Origin: Octopus bimaculoides
Taxonomy: Eukaryota
Direction of reading: 5' to 3'
NCBI RefSeq assembly: GCF_001194135.2
Contig: NC_068981.1
Coordinates: 123,770,979 to 123,824,311, forward strand
Length of the DNA stretch: 53,333 bases
Under the pieces are notes generated by a model. It saw nothing but the letters and a program-made list of their open reading frames with translations, was not told where the DNA came from and did not search any database. Positions 1 through 10,989 of the stretch are shown here, one piece after another. Within the stretch, counting starts at the first letter, position 1, and each line of letters opens with the position of its first letter. A program made the position numbers and the translations under genes.

Positions 1-30
<30 letters not shown>

Positions 31-34
<4 letters not shown>

Positions 35-235
35 TGTGTCTGTGTTTGTCTCACCAACATCACTTGACAACCGATGGTGGTGTGTTTACGTCCCCGTAAC
101 GTAGCGGTTCGGCAAAACAGACCGATAGAATAAGTACTAGGCTTACAAAGAATAAGTCCTGGGATCGATTTGCTCGATTAAAGGCGGTGCTCCAGCATGG
201 CTACAGTCAAATGACTGAAACAAGCAAAATAGTAA
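31..235 (+). mobile_element. tRNA-derived CORE-type SINE family A, 3' half
   Basis: Near reverse complement of 1438-1650 (CGGTTCGGCAAAA..GACCGATAGAATAAGTACTAGGCTT..AAAGGCGGTGCTCCAGCATGG..GTCAAATGACTGAAACAAG). Follows a (TG)n tract. Confidence 0.9.
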
Positions 236-264
236 TATCTTGGTGTGGTGGTGTGTGTGTGGTG

Positions 265-610
265 GAGAATAAACGGTTGTGTGGTTAAGAAGTACGCTTT
301 GCAACCACATAGTTCATGTTCAACTACGTAGTTTCTCCTTCTAAAACCCTGAGCCGATCAATGTCTTGCGAGGGAAATTTGTGAGCGGAAACTGTGTTGA
401 ATCCCGCTATGTGTGCGTGTGTGACTGTATGAGATAGATACAACCACCAGTGTTGGTTTGTTTACCTTCCAAATAACTTAGCAGTTTCGCAAAAGAGTTC
501 GATCAAGTAAGTGTCAGATTTAAGATAAAATAAATACACGGATCGATTTGTTTGACGAGAAGTCATTAAAGACAGTGACTCAGCATGGCTGCAGACAAAC
601 GACTAAAACG
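265..610 (+). mobile_element. Degraded SINE family A copy
   Basis: Head-like GGTTGTGTGGTTAAGAAGT..CAACCACATAGTT, then GCGGAAACTG, a TG tract and a tail (CAGCATGGCTGCAGACAAACGACTAAAAC), colinear with the 1438-2153 copy. Confidence 0.7.
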
Positions 611-1437
611 CTTAAACAAATTAAATAATGTGTGTGTGTGCGTGTGTGTGTGTGTGCGTGTACATATATATGTGTGTGTGTATGTATGTATGTATTATGT
701 ACGTGTGTATATAGGTATGTATGTCTGTGTGTGTATGTATGCATATATATTAGAAATAGATATTATGGTAGCAAGTATGTGGGGTAATATATTCATATAA
801 CTCATATATCTAAACAATGTTTACAAATGCCTTTAACAAAACCAAGAACTCATCATATAAATTCTTAGAATTCCTTCAGAGACTTTTATATAAATACGGC
901 CAAAGTGGCTGAATAGTAACAGAAAATCAAACAACCATCCGATACTTTAGTGAATCGACAGAGATTATTTGGACCTTTCTAAATCATTTATCTTGACAAC
1001 TAAAGGAATAAAGAAATGCGTATATGATCTAGCATGTAAAACAAAGGGAGACATTGTTGTGGTCTTAGCCCTGATGACAACATGATTTTGTTTGGCCTCT
1101 AGAGCATAGCACTTCAACTGTTGCTTAAGGTTGACTTGGATATTGCGAAGGGATTCGCTAGACGAAAAAAGCGGAAGGATTTTTATATCTGCACACGCGC
1201 GCGTACACACATACATACACGAAATACATACATATACATACATAATTTGACTAATTTGTTTATTTTTACCCATGATTATATTGTCAGAATTGATTCAATG
1301 GCTATAAATGCTCACAAATGAAACTTCCCGAGTCTTCTAGAACACTGTCGATATTCTGGGGAAAAAAAAATTTTATTCGAAATATCTGGAAAATTATTCC
1401 ATTGAGGTAATCGAGTTGTAAACTTTTGTGTTTGAAT

Positions 1438-2153
1438 ACTCTCTTTTACTCTTTTACTTGTTTCAGTCATTTGACTGCGGTCATGCTGGAGCACCGCCTT
1501 TAGTCGAGCAAATCGACCCCAGGACTTATGCTTTGGAAGCCTAGTACTTATTCTATCGGTCTCTTTCCCGAACCGCTAAGTTACGGGGACGTAAACACAC
1601 CAGCATCGGTTGTCAAGCGATGTTGGGGGAACAAACACAGACATACAAGCATATACACACACACACACACATATATATATATANNNNNNNNNNNNNNNNN
1701 NNNNNNNNNNNNNNNNNNNNNNNNNNNNNNNNNNNNNNNNNNNNNNNNNNNNNNNNNNNNNNNNNNNNNNNNNNNNNNNNNNNNNNNNNNNNNNNNNNNN
1801 NNNNNNNNNNNNNNNNNNNNNNNNNNNNNNNNNNNNNNNNNNNNNNNNNNNNNNNNNNNNNNNNNNNNNNNNNNNNNNNNNNNNNNNNNNNNNNNNNNNN
1901 NNNNNNNNNNNNNNNNNNNNNNNNNNNNNNNNNNNNNNNNNNNNNNNNNNNNNNNNNNNNNNNNNNNNNNNNNNNNNNNNCATATATACGACGGGCTTCT
2001 TTCAGTATTCCGTCTACCAAATCCACTCACAAGGCTTTGGTCGGCCCGAGCCTATAGTAGAAGGCACTTATCCAAGGTGCCACGCAGTGGGACTGAACCC
2101 GGAACCATGTGGTTGGTAAGCAAGCTACTTACCACACAGCCACTCCTACGCCT
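1438..2153 (-). mobile_element. Full-length SINE family A with internal microsatellite (partly in N gap)
   Basis: On the minus strand: Pol III A-box-like TGGCTGTGTGG (2132-2142), B-box-like GGTTCAGTCCC (2089-2099), CORE-like CACCTTGGATAAGTG, and a 3' tail ending in repeated GTAAAAGA. Resembles the described octopus tRNA-derived CORE-SINEs (OK/OR1/OR2 group); exact family not assigned. Confidence 0.9.
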
Positions 2154-2618
2154 ACTTTGTTTATTTTTACCCGTGTGCGCGCTTACGCAGCCTGTGGCCT
2201 GACATTCAGACCAGGTTTACCGCATCCTTGCTTGTTGAAGAGACGTAAAGAAAGCGTTGAAGAAAGATAGAGAGAGGGGGAGGAGTGGAGAGAGAAAGAG
2301 TAAAATACTGGTGAAAAATAAACTCTGATATAAAATGACAGCGGAGCCGACGAGGACCATGATAATGATGATAATGATGAGGATTTTAGTGAGAGAAATA
2401 GAACTGGTTGATAAATGTAATAGCGAAGTCTCAAGTGAAGACTGCTTATCATTTGTTATTTGAATGACAAGTACACTCAAGATTCTGTAGACTTTATTAT
2501 AGTTTAGTTTATCTTTGAGAATGTTTTAATTACTATCAGAAAAATTCTAGACAGTAATCTGGTAGACCTATAATAATGATTAATGTACATCAATATATAT
2601 AAATATAAATATAAATAA

Positions 2619-2652
<34 letters not shown>

Positions 2653-2740
2653 ANNNNNNNNNNNNNNNNNNNNNNNNNNNNNNNNNNNNNNNNNNNNNNN
2701 NNNNNNNNNNNNNNNNNNNNNNNATATATATATATATACT

Positions 2741-2847
2741 CACGAGGGGTGTATGAAAAGTCTTGAGCCTCAAAAAAAAAAAACATGGTACAAGACTTCA
2801 CAACTCAAAGGCCTTGAAGGCTCAAAACTTTTCATACACCCCTCGTG
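2741..2847. mobile_element. 107-bp mariner-type MITE
   Basis: 30-bp TIRs at 2741-2770 and 2818-2847 (CACGAGGGGTGTATGAAAAGT(C/T)TTGAGCCT, 1 mismatch), embedded in a TA tract. CGAGGGG..AAAAGT resembles mariner (Hsmar2/MADE2-like) TIRs. Confidence 0.85.
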
Positions 2848-2858
2848 TATATATATGT

Positions 2859-2892
<34 letters not shown>

Positions 2893-3049
2893 TATGTTTC
2901 AAATTTTGGCAGACGGATAGCTATTACAGGAGTAAGTCGATTACATTGGCGCCAGTGTTCAAATGGTATTTATCGGTTATAAAATTCATATTCCTTGTAC
3001 AATTTTATTGAAACAAATGATACATGTTCTTTATTACATGGGATAATGA

Positions 3050-3830
3050 AAATAAATCTTCATATTTCAACGCAAGCACAAGTGGCATCAACAAGTTTCC
3101 TCAACTTTAAAGGGACGGAATGAGAAAACTTCTAATTGACGTCGTCTGGGATGTCATTGAGAACCTTCCTGAATCCGTATCTCCAAGTCCTTCTGTGTTC
3201 GAGCTTTTGTCTTGTACACTTCTTTTGTGTAAACCCACAGGTAAAAATCACTTGGAGTGAGATCTAGACTTCTTGACGTTCTGGACTTCTGTAGTCACAG
3301 TCTTCGGGTTTTAGCTCCAGCACGTAATGGGGTTGCCAAGGACGTAAATTCAATTATTTATGCAACATCGTACGTACTGTGTGTCTTCTTCGTCCACTTT
3401 CACTAGCTGCTAGGCATGTTGGTTTTGGGGATGCGATTTAAGCATTTCCTGCACTGTTGCCACGTTCTCCGTTGATCGGAATGTGGTTGGACGGCCTTTT
3501 CTTGCATCGTTTACTGAGCCCGTGGTCATCAACTTTGCATGACAACTTTTTCTTATCTCTGAACGTAATTTTGCATGCTTACTTTTCCATGCGCGCCACC
3601 ATCTCCGAACCAAAACAATGGAATGCCATACTTCATAGCGTAGTGCTCACTTCTGAATAGTCAAGCAACCGGCCATCTGGAAAATAAAATAAGAATTAAG
3701 AAGTAAGACAATAAGAAAATAAAAAATTCCATTAGTGTTATCTGTTTAAAATATGTTTTCGTCATGATATCAGTGATACTAAAAATTCTATAAGCAATTT
3801 CTAATGCCTAGTTACTCTCCACCCACCCCG
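3050..3830 (-). mobile_element. Internally deleted Tc1/mariner transposon remnant
   Basis: Minus-strand translation gives TTGSVNDARKGRPTTFRSTENVATVQEML (HTH linker), LRPWQPHYVLELKPED, then jumps to RSLDLTPSDFYLW..KEVYKTK (SPDLTP.DF.LW motif). A terminus TA|CGGGGTG lies at 3830. The DDE core is missing. Confidence 0.8.
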
Positions 3831-3898
<68 letters not shown>

Positions 3899-4149
3899 AA
3901 CATATATATATGCATGTTTTAGAAGTCAAGTATTTGGATAATACGTAACATATTTTAATGTCACTTTTTCAAGCAGGTTCCTCTAAGAATTTCAGTATAA
4001 TGGATCATATATGCTCTCTAACTCAGCTTATAAAACGAGTGAAAAAATTCACGCAGTCTCTGTGCATAACTTTCGTCGACAAAAAAAAAGGCCTTCAACA
4101 GCGTTGTGATTAGAAATGCAAGGTATCGAGGTGCAATAAACCACTGTTT

Positions 4150-4720
4150 CGTGGATGCTTTCTCTGACTCCACCACTGATATAGCTTTGCTAACGTCACT
4201 GCATGTGTAGAAAGGGTCATCAAAGACATTGACTGGACAGATATCAGGAGCGTCAACGGCGAGCTGCTAACACTCCGGCGATTCGCAGAAAATATCGTAC
4301 TCACTGCCGAAGCCACTGAACAGCTGGTGGGGATGGACATCCATAGTGCAGATTTAGTCCTTAAAATGAACCGCCTAAAAACAAAAATTCGGTCGATCCG
4401 AAAATGTGACATGAGGACGAATAGAGGTGGAAATCGATGAAATCGAGAAAGTAAAGGAGTGCGTCAACTTAGAACACACAGCGTATATGCGACTTGACAT
4501 GGCTGTTGAAATCTCGAAGAGAATATGGGCAGGGTGGAAAGTATTTGATCCCAGAAAGGAGGTGCTCATATTTATGATCATACGTGCCAAACTCTTCAAT
4601 AGCACTGTCCAACCTGCGCCCTCATATGCAAGTGAGACATGAGCTATGAAGAAAGAACATCGATTGGCTACGACGCAGAGCGACAAGGAAAGATCCGTGC
4701 TAAGAATATTATTGGGAGGG
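4150..4720 (+). mobile_element. RTE-clade LINE reverse transcriptase fragment (decayed)
   Basis: ACVERVIKDIDW..VNGELLTLRRFAENIVLTAE (matches NGE.L..LRFADDIVL), EISKRIWAGWKVF, AKLFNSTVQPAPSYASET (RTE C-terminal motifs). Confidence 0.85.
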
Positions 4721-4879
4721 CACTATATTTGCTGTTTAGTGAATTTCTGATTCTTTCGTGTATTTCAGAAAGACGTCGTTATCAAAAGATGAGAAAATAT
4801 TCATTGTTCTAAAAAACGATTTTTTCAGAAATCTGGCTGATGATGTGTTAGGTCCTCTTCAATAAAACTGCCTATAAAC

Positions 4880-4934
<55 letters not shown>

Positions 4935-5215
4935 NNNNNNNNNNNNNNNNNNNNNNNNNNNNNNNNNNNNNNNNNNNNNNNNNNNNNNNNNNNNNNNNNN
5001 NNNNNNNNNNNNNNNNNNNNNNNNNNNNNNNNNNNNNNNNNNNNNNNNNNNNNNNNNNNNNNNNNNNNNNNNNNNNNNNNNNNNNNNNNNNNNTTTTTCC
5101 ATTTCTCTGCCTTACACTTTCATAGTAACTTATGTAAAAGTCAAGTTAGTTCATCATTCACTCTTTAGAGACAACGTGTTTAAATTTAGTTAGTGAGATA
5201 TTTTCTTTTACTTAA

Positions 5216-5508
5216 CCCATTACCTACCAGTGATCTCGTATGAGATCACTTAAAAATTACAAATTTCGTAATTATCTGTCAATATTTATACATATCTAAC
5301 CTTTTTGCTATATTTACTAGGTATATTTCTCTGATATTCATATTAGGTTTGCTAATTTTTCACCCAATATCTCGCTTATTTCTATTTAAAATGTTATTTT
5401 GAAATGTTATTTTGATCATTCCAGCGTGTTTGTAAGGCTGTTTTATGCTAGAAATCAAAATTTCATTAAAAAAAAAATCCAGTTAATAGAATTATGGGAG
5501 GTAATGGA
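5216..5508. mobile_element. piggyBac-type MITE
   Basis: TTAA flanks at 5212-5215 and 5509-5512. Ends are CCCATTACCTACC ... GGAGGTAATGGA (imperfect TIR), and there is an internal hairpin GTGATCTC-gtat-GAGATCAC. Confidence 0.7.
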
Positions 5509-6309
5509 TTAAACAAACATATATTGCTGCATTGCGTTATTATGATTATTATTATGTATAGTAAGAATACCTGAGAAAGTTATATTGTAATGATCACTCA
5601 GGCGAAAATTATGAATCATTCGATCTTTTTGTGTATGTTCCATTAGTATTCAAATTCGGGTGCTGTATATAATCGATGTTAATTCCGAATGAGTCACGTT
5701 ATCAACTCGAACAGGAGGTCCGGTTGCAGTCTTTTTATTCGATTTGCTCATCTGATGAATGATATACGAGTCATCAAGTCTGACTCGTAACACCTTGCCG
5801 GTATTTCGGAAATGGTGGCCAAATCCCTGCTCATTAGATATATCCGACCTTCAGATTAATTTTCCTCATTCTTGCTCAGTAATCAATAAACGACTCCTTC
5901 AACAACCGGTCACATTCTGAGCACTGCTACATTTCCTCTTATATATATACATATATATATATGTATATATATATATATATNNNNNNNNNNNNNNNNNNNN
6001 NNNNNNNNNNNNNNNNNNNNNNNNNNNNNNNNNNNNNNNNNNNNNNNNNNNNNNNNNNNNNNNNNNNNNNNNNNNNNNNNNNNNNNNNNNNNNNNNNNNN
6101 NNNNNNNNNNNNNNNNNNNNNNNNNNNNNNNNNNNNNNNNNNNNNNNNNNNNNNNNNNNNNNNNATATATATAATTTATTAGAACACTTACAATGCTAGA
6201 AATAAGAGGTAAAGCACTCTGCTGCTGCGGTCAACACACATACTAGCATACATACATACTGGCAGCGACCGTAAATGGCGGAAAGCAGTATATATTTGTG
6301 TGTGGGGGT

Positions 6310-6540
6310 GTCACTCCATCGGTTACGACGACGAAGATTCCATTTGATCCGATCAATAGAACAGCCTGCTCGTGAAATTAGCGTGCAAGTGGCTGAGCAC
6401 TCCACAGACATGTGTACCCTTAACGTAATCCAAGTTCTACTCATTCTTGCCAGCCGAGTGAAGAAGTGCAACGTGAAATAAAGTGTCTTGCTCGAGAACA
6501 CAACACGCCACCAAGAATCGAACTCACTAAACCACGTACC
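6310..6540 (-). mobile_element. tRNA-derived CORE-type SINE family C fragment
   Basis: Minus strand has B-box GAGTTCGATTC followed by CORE-like GTTCTCGAGCAAGACACTTTATTTCACGTTGC. Confidence 0.65.
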
Positions 6541-7429
6541 TTTAATTTTTCTTTCTCTCTCNNNNNNNNNNNNNNNNNNNNNNNNNNNNNNNNNNNNNNN
6601 NNNNNNNNNNNNNNNNNNNNNNNNNNNNNNNNNNNNNNNNNNNNNNNNNNNNNNNNNNNNNNNNNNNNNNNNNNNNNNNNNNNNNNNNNNNNNNNNNNNN
6701 NNNNNNNNNNNNNNNNNNNNNNNNNNNNNNNNNNNNNNNNNNNNNNNNNNNNNNNNNNNNNNNNNNNNNNNNNNNNNNNNNNNNNNNNNNNNNNNNNNNN
6801 NNNNNNNNNNNNNNNNNNNNNNNNNNNNNNNNNNNNNNNNNNNNNNNNNNNNNNNNNNNNNNNNNNNNNNNNNNNNNNNNNNNNNNNNNNNNNNNNNNNN
6901 NNNNNNNNNNNNNNNNNNNNNNNNNNNNNNNNNNNNNNNNNNNNNNNNNNNNNNNNNNNNNNNNNNNNNNNNNNNNNNNNNNNNNNNNNNNNNNNNNNNN
7001 NNNNNNNNNNNNNNNNNNNNNNNNNNNNNNNNNNNNNNNNNNNNNNNNNNNNNNNNNNNNNNNNNNNNNNNNNNNNNNNNNNNNNNNNNNNNNNNNNNNN
7101 NNNNNNNNNNNNNNNNNNNNNNNNNNNNNNNNNNNNNNNNNNNNNNNNNNNNNNNNNNNNNNNNNNNNNNNNNNNNNNNNNNNNNNNNNNNNNNNNNNNN
7201 NNNNNNNNNNNNNNNNNNNNNNNNNNNNNNNNNNNNNNNNNNNNNNNNNNNNNNNNNNNNNNNNNNNNNNNNNNNNNNNNNNNNNNNNNNNNNNNNNNNN
7301 NNNNNNNNNNNNNNNNNNNNNNNNNNNNNNNNNNNNNNNNNNNNNNNNNNNNNNNNNNNNNNNNNNNNNNNNNNNNNNNNNNNNNNNNNNNNNNNNNNNN
7401 NNNNNNNNNNNNNNNNNNNNNNNNNNNNN

Positions 7430-7455
7430 ACTTCTGTGACCTCATCAGCGGTCCT
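7430..7455 (-). ncRNA. Partial hammerhead ribozyme motif, truncated by assembly gap
   Basis: Minus strand reads ggaccg-CTGATGA-GGTCAC-agaa-GT|gap, at the 3' end of the PLE. The GAAA half is not visible. Confidence 0.55.
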
Positions 7456-8657
7456 TTGTTTCCTTCTTTCTTATGTGTGTCTCACCTTGCTAACTATCAG
7501 CCATTTTGTATTTTGTATTCCTATTGTATGTGTCTACGCATGCGTGTCCTTCAATGTGTCTGTGTCTTTTGTAAGTGCATGTGTGTATAGGGCCATATAT
7601 ATATATATATATATACATATATATATTTATATATATAATGTTTATATATATAAAAAGATATCAAACTTGTGACAAGGGAGTCTCGCCATTTTGAATCCTT
7701 AAAAAGTAAGAATGAGTCTACAGAGTGGACAAAGGGAAGCAACAGGTGGTAAGAGAGTCTAGAGAATGGACAAAGGGAGGCAATAGGTGGGAGAGGAATG
7801 TGTAAGGATCAGGTAGCCAAGTTTGTACATTAAGGTGTGGTCTGTACTTTTGTATGAACAGGTCTTCCTTGTTTAGGCGTTCTTGTAAGGAGATTGAATC
7901 TTTGCATTGGTATAATGGAAAGATATGGAAATTCGGCGTTTTATTTCTTGCGCATATGTCGATATATGTTCGCTCAGGGCTATCTGCCTGTATTGAGGTA
8001 AACGAATCTGTTCTTTATGCAGCGTGACTTTGCGTCTCAAAGTAGACTCGTTTGGCCCATATAATTGCGGCCACAACCTGAGCAGGTTAGGACGTAGATA
8101 AGATTCTGGGAAGCACATATGAAATTGGTCTTAACTGATAATTTTTCTCCTTGCTAAAATGTAAATTCCGAGCATTCAGTTAGGTATGGGCATGTACCAC
8201 AATTAGGTCGTCTGCATTTTTTAACTGCTGGTATCGTATGTGTTGAGTATAGTTTTGCATTTGTTAGGAGTCTCTTGAACGATTTGTGTTGTCTTTTGCA
8301 TTTGAGGAGTTTATGTGTAATTAGAATGTTGTTCATTTTCGGGTCTTGAGTGAGCAGAGGGAGATATTGTATAATTCTGTTGTATGCTTCACTGTTTCTG
8401 GGGTTGTGGGTTGATATGTATGGGAGTGATTTAATGAGGTGTGATGTTTTGTTTTGTTGTCGTTAGTGTGTTTGTGTCCAATTTCTGGCACGTTTAATTC
8501 CATGGTCTATAAGTCTGCGTGGGTATTGACGTCCAGTGAGTGTTATGTTGAGGTCTTGTGGGCGAAGTCCTCGAGTGGTTGCGTCTGCCTTCCTAAACAC
8601 ACCAAAATAAATATCCCATTCGATCTAGCAAAAAGGATTTGTACAATTGTATCTGAC
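7430..8657 (-). mobile_element. Penelope-like element: RT C-terminus, GIY-YIG endonuclease and 3' region, with an inverted 5' segment
   Basis: Minus strand reads DLNITLTGRQYPRRLIDHGIKRAR..LPYISTHNPRN..KRQHKSFKRLLTNAK..KCRRPNCGTCPYL..CASQNLIYVLTCSGCGRNYMGQT (CCHH linker plus GIY-YIG, ~8050-8105)..TLHKEQIR..SEHI..FIQKYRPHLN. Plus strand 8592-8657 reads PKHTKINIPFDLAKRICTIVSD. Confidence 0.9.
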
Positions 8658-8840
8658 ACGTTCACATACACACACATATGTATATACATACATATATACA
8701 TATACCGCTATATATGCATATCTATGTATATAAACATATATGCAGAAATATGTGTATATATGCACATATATACATACAGATATATATATATATATATATC
8801 TATAAATAATCAAAATAAGCAGCAGGATATCAAGTATTAA

Positions 8841-8926
8841 TGTAGTACTACCGTTTCAAGCGACTCCATTTAATTGAACAATGCAATCATTACATCAATT
8901 TAAATGCGGTGCCACCTTGAGCTGCA
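8841..8926 (-). ncRNA. Degenerate hammerhead motif (paralog of 18489-18576)
   Basis: tgcag-CTCAAGG-(long insert)-GAAA-cggtag-TA-ctaca. Two core substitutions; colinear with the 18489-18576 copy. Confidence 0.5.
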
Positions 8927-10463
8927 CAAATAAATAAATGGAATTTTAACAACTAAGACACATCAATATAATTTTTCTTATATATTTTAACAGAGCAAGA
9001 AGATGGAAGAAATTCATGTTGTCGCTATTGTAGCCAAGAATACACTACAACTTCTAAGAGTCGCATGGAGCATAGTGGGATCATAGGGTTGTAATGGTTG
9101 TAGTTCATTTCTAATTCATTTATCTCCTTATCAACTACTAAATCTAAGACTAGAAGACTGTCTATTTTGAATAAAAGACAAGAATGAGTTGTCAGTTGAT
9201 AGGTATGGTCATAAATATTATCATATGTATCCCTATTCCCCGGGGAGGAAATTAGACATTAGGAGTAGTCAGTTGGATATAAGTAACTGTCTATAAAAAG
9301 AGGCAAGGTAGGGGTAGACTTTAAATCATGATGTTAATTAACAGCTAAAGGGCCAAGACGCTAAGAAACCTAAGATGTTAATACAGAGGAAATTATATTT
9401 AGGGGTACTAGGGGGAGATGTTTATAAACAATATTGTTATGTTGTATAAAAATAAAATTTAAAATTTAAGAATTTCAAAAATGATATCATAACTGAAATA
9501 GGTAAAAAGTGTGTATATATCAATTATAAACATCAAAAAAGAAGATTACATACAATCAGTTTAATATCCATTCATGTATTTAATTAATTACCTGTCGGGG
9601 GGTTTCTATAAAGATTGCTCAAGGCATTTACATATGGAGTAACTGGAAAGATATACATGCTATCTATTAATTTTAAGCTATGAATCAGAAAAGTGTAAAA
9701 ATTCAAACAGATACACATACATATATATGTGCATATATGCATATATACACATACAAAAATATTTATACGCTTATATGGATATAGTATAAATATCTCGCAT
9801 ACACTTAAGTAACTGAAAAATATCAATTTAAGAATAAGAAAAATAACAATATATAAGGGATAAGAGGTAAATAAGTAAGGTTATCAAAATAAAAAACAAA
9901 ATAAGAATTTATAGAAAATAGTAAGAAATACATATAACCTACATATAAAGAGACAAGGGGTTAAAATTAGAGACAAGGAAAAGATAGAGGTAACCCGAAA
10001 GGTGGGGGTAATAAGGCATGGAAATAGTGAGAGCAGTTAGAGGTTTTCAGACCAAAGAGATTTTATAAGTTGTAATGTTACAGGTGTTATTGTATGTATG
10101 ATTTTATTGTTTCTAGGGGGTATATTGTTTAGTCAAAAGGAGACTTACTTACATAAGGTCACCACAAGTATACATAATATGATCAGTAGGTATGTATATA
10201 TATATTTAAGTCACAATACATGGATTCACGTAATCCTGTAGTACTCATAAAATGCTCCTTAATGTGTCATTGTGGAAACCATATGGAATATATAGTAATA
10301 TACAAGAGAAAAGGATAAGGAGTGTATATATTCATAAGTGACAGAGAAGTATTTGGATGACTCTTTATTTAACGATAAAAAATAATTCAGATACACATAT
10401 AGTTAAACGTATATAGACACATATACATACATACATGTATGCACAGGTGTGAAAGACGCCCGT

Positions 10464-10466
<3 letters not shown>

Positions 10467-10545
<79 letters not shown>
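10467..10545. repeat. (TG)n microsatellite (representative; similar tracts at 1-30, 3834-3893, 22650-22740, 50704-50806)
   Basis: Direct dinucleotide repeat. It produces the spurious CVCV/THTH ORFs. Confidence 0.95.
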
Positions 10546-10558
<13 letters not shown>

Positions 10559-10760
10559 GTTCAGGTTGCGGTGAATAAACTGTCGTCTAAATTACGCAAA
10601 ATTGTAAATAACACTGACATCTCATTTTAACAGATATATTTACCAAAATTACATAAAAATATCTTGAAATACGAAAATCGCCATAATTGAAAGTATTTGG
10701 TGTTTACTTTCTGTTGAAGATCTATAATTGTATCTAAAACTATTTTTTTACTATGAAGTA

Positions 10761-10989
10761 CAGCAATTCCTCGCCATATAGCGGTTCACTTATTGCGGTT
10801 CCCCTATCGCGGTTTATTATTTAAGCTTACGTCGATTCCTCTGTGGTGTTGTGTTGCATTTATAACGAAATAAATATATATAAATTATAAAACGATAATA
10901 AAATATACAGTACTGTTTATACTTCGCGGAGTTTCACCTATCCCGAGCGATTTTGGGACGAAATACTCGTGATAGTCGAGGGATTACTG
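10761..10989. mobile_element. Tigger/pogo-type MITE
   Basis: TA|CAGCAATTCCTCGCCATAT at the left end and ..GATAGTCGAGGGATTACTG at the right end (reverse complement CAGTAATCCCTCGACTATC). Confidence 0.75.

Noticed and set aside
1065-1110. Hammerhead at CCCTGATGA-caaca..tgtt
   Set aside because: No GAAA or stem III follows. At most a relic.
2089-2153. tRNA gene
   Set aside because: A/B-box-like head without a cloverleaf, followed by CORE and tail. It is a SINE.
8990-10330. Strand-asymmetric AT-rich block as another Penelope element
   Set aside because: The composition resembles 26790-27440 and faint hammerhead relics exist (~9015-9040, ~10220-10260), but I could read no diagnostic protein motif.
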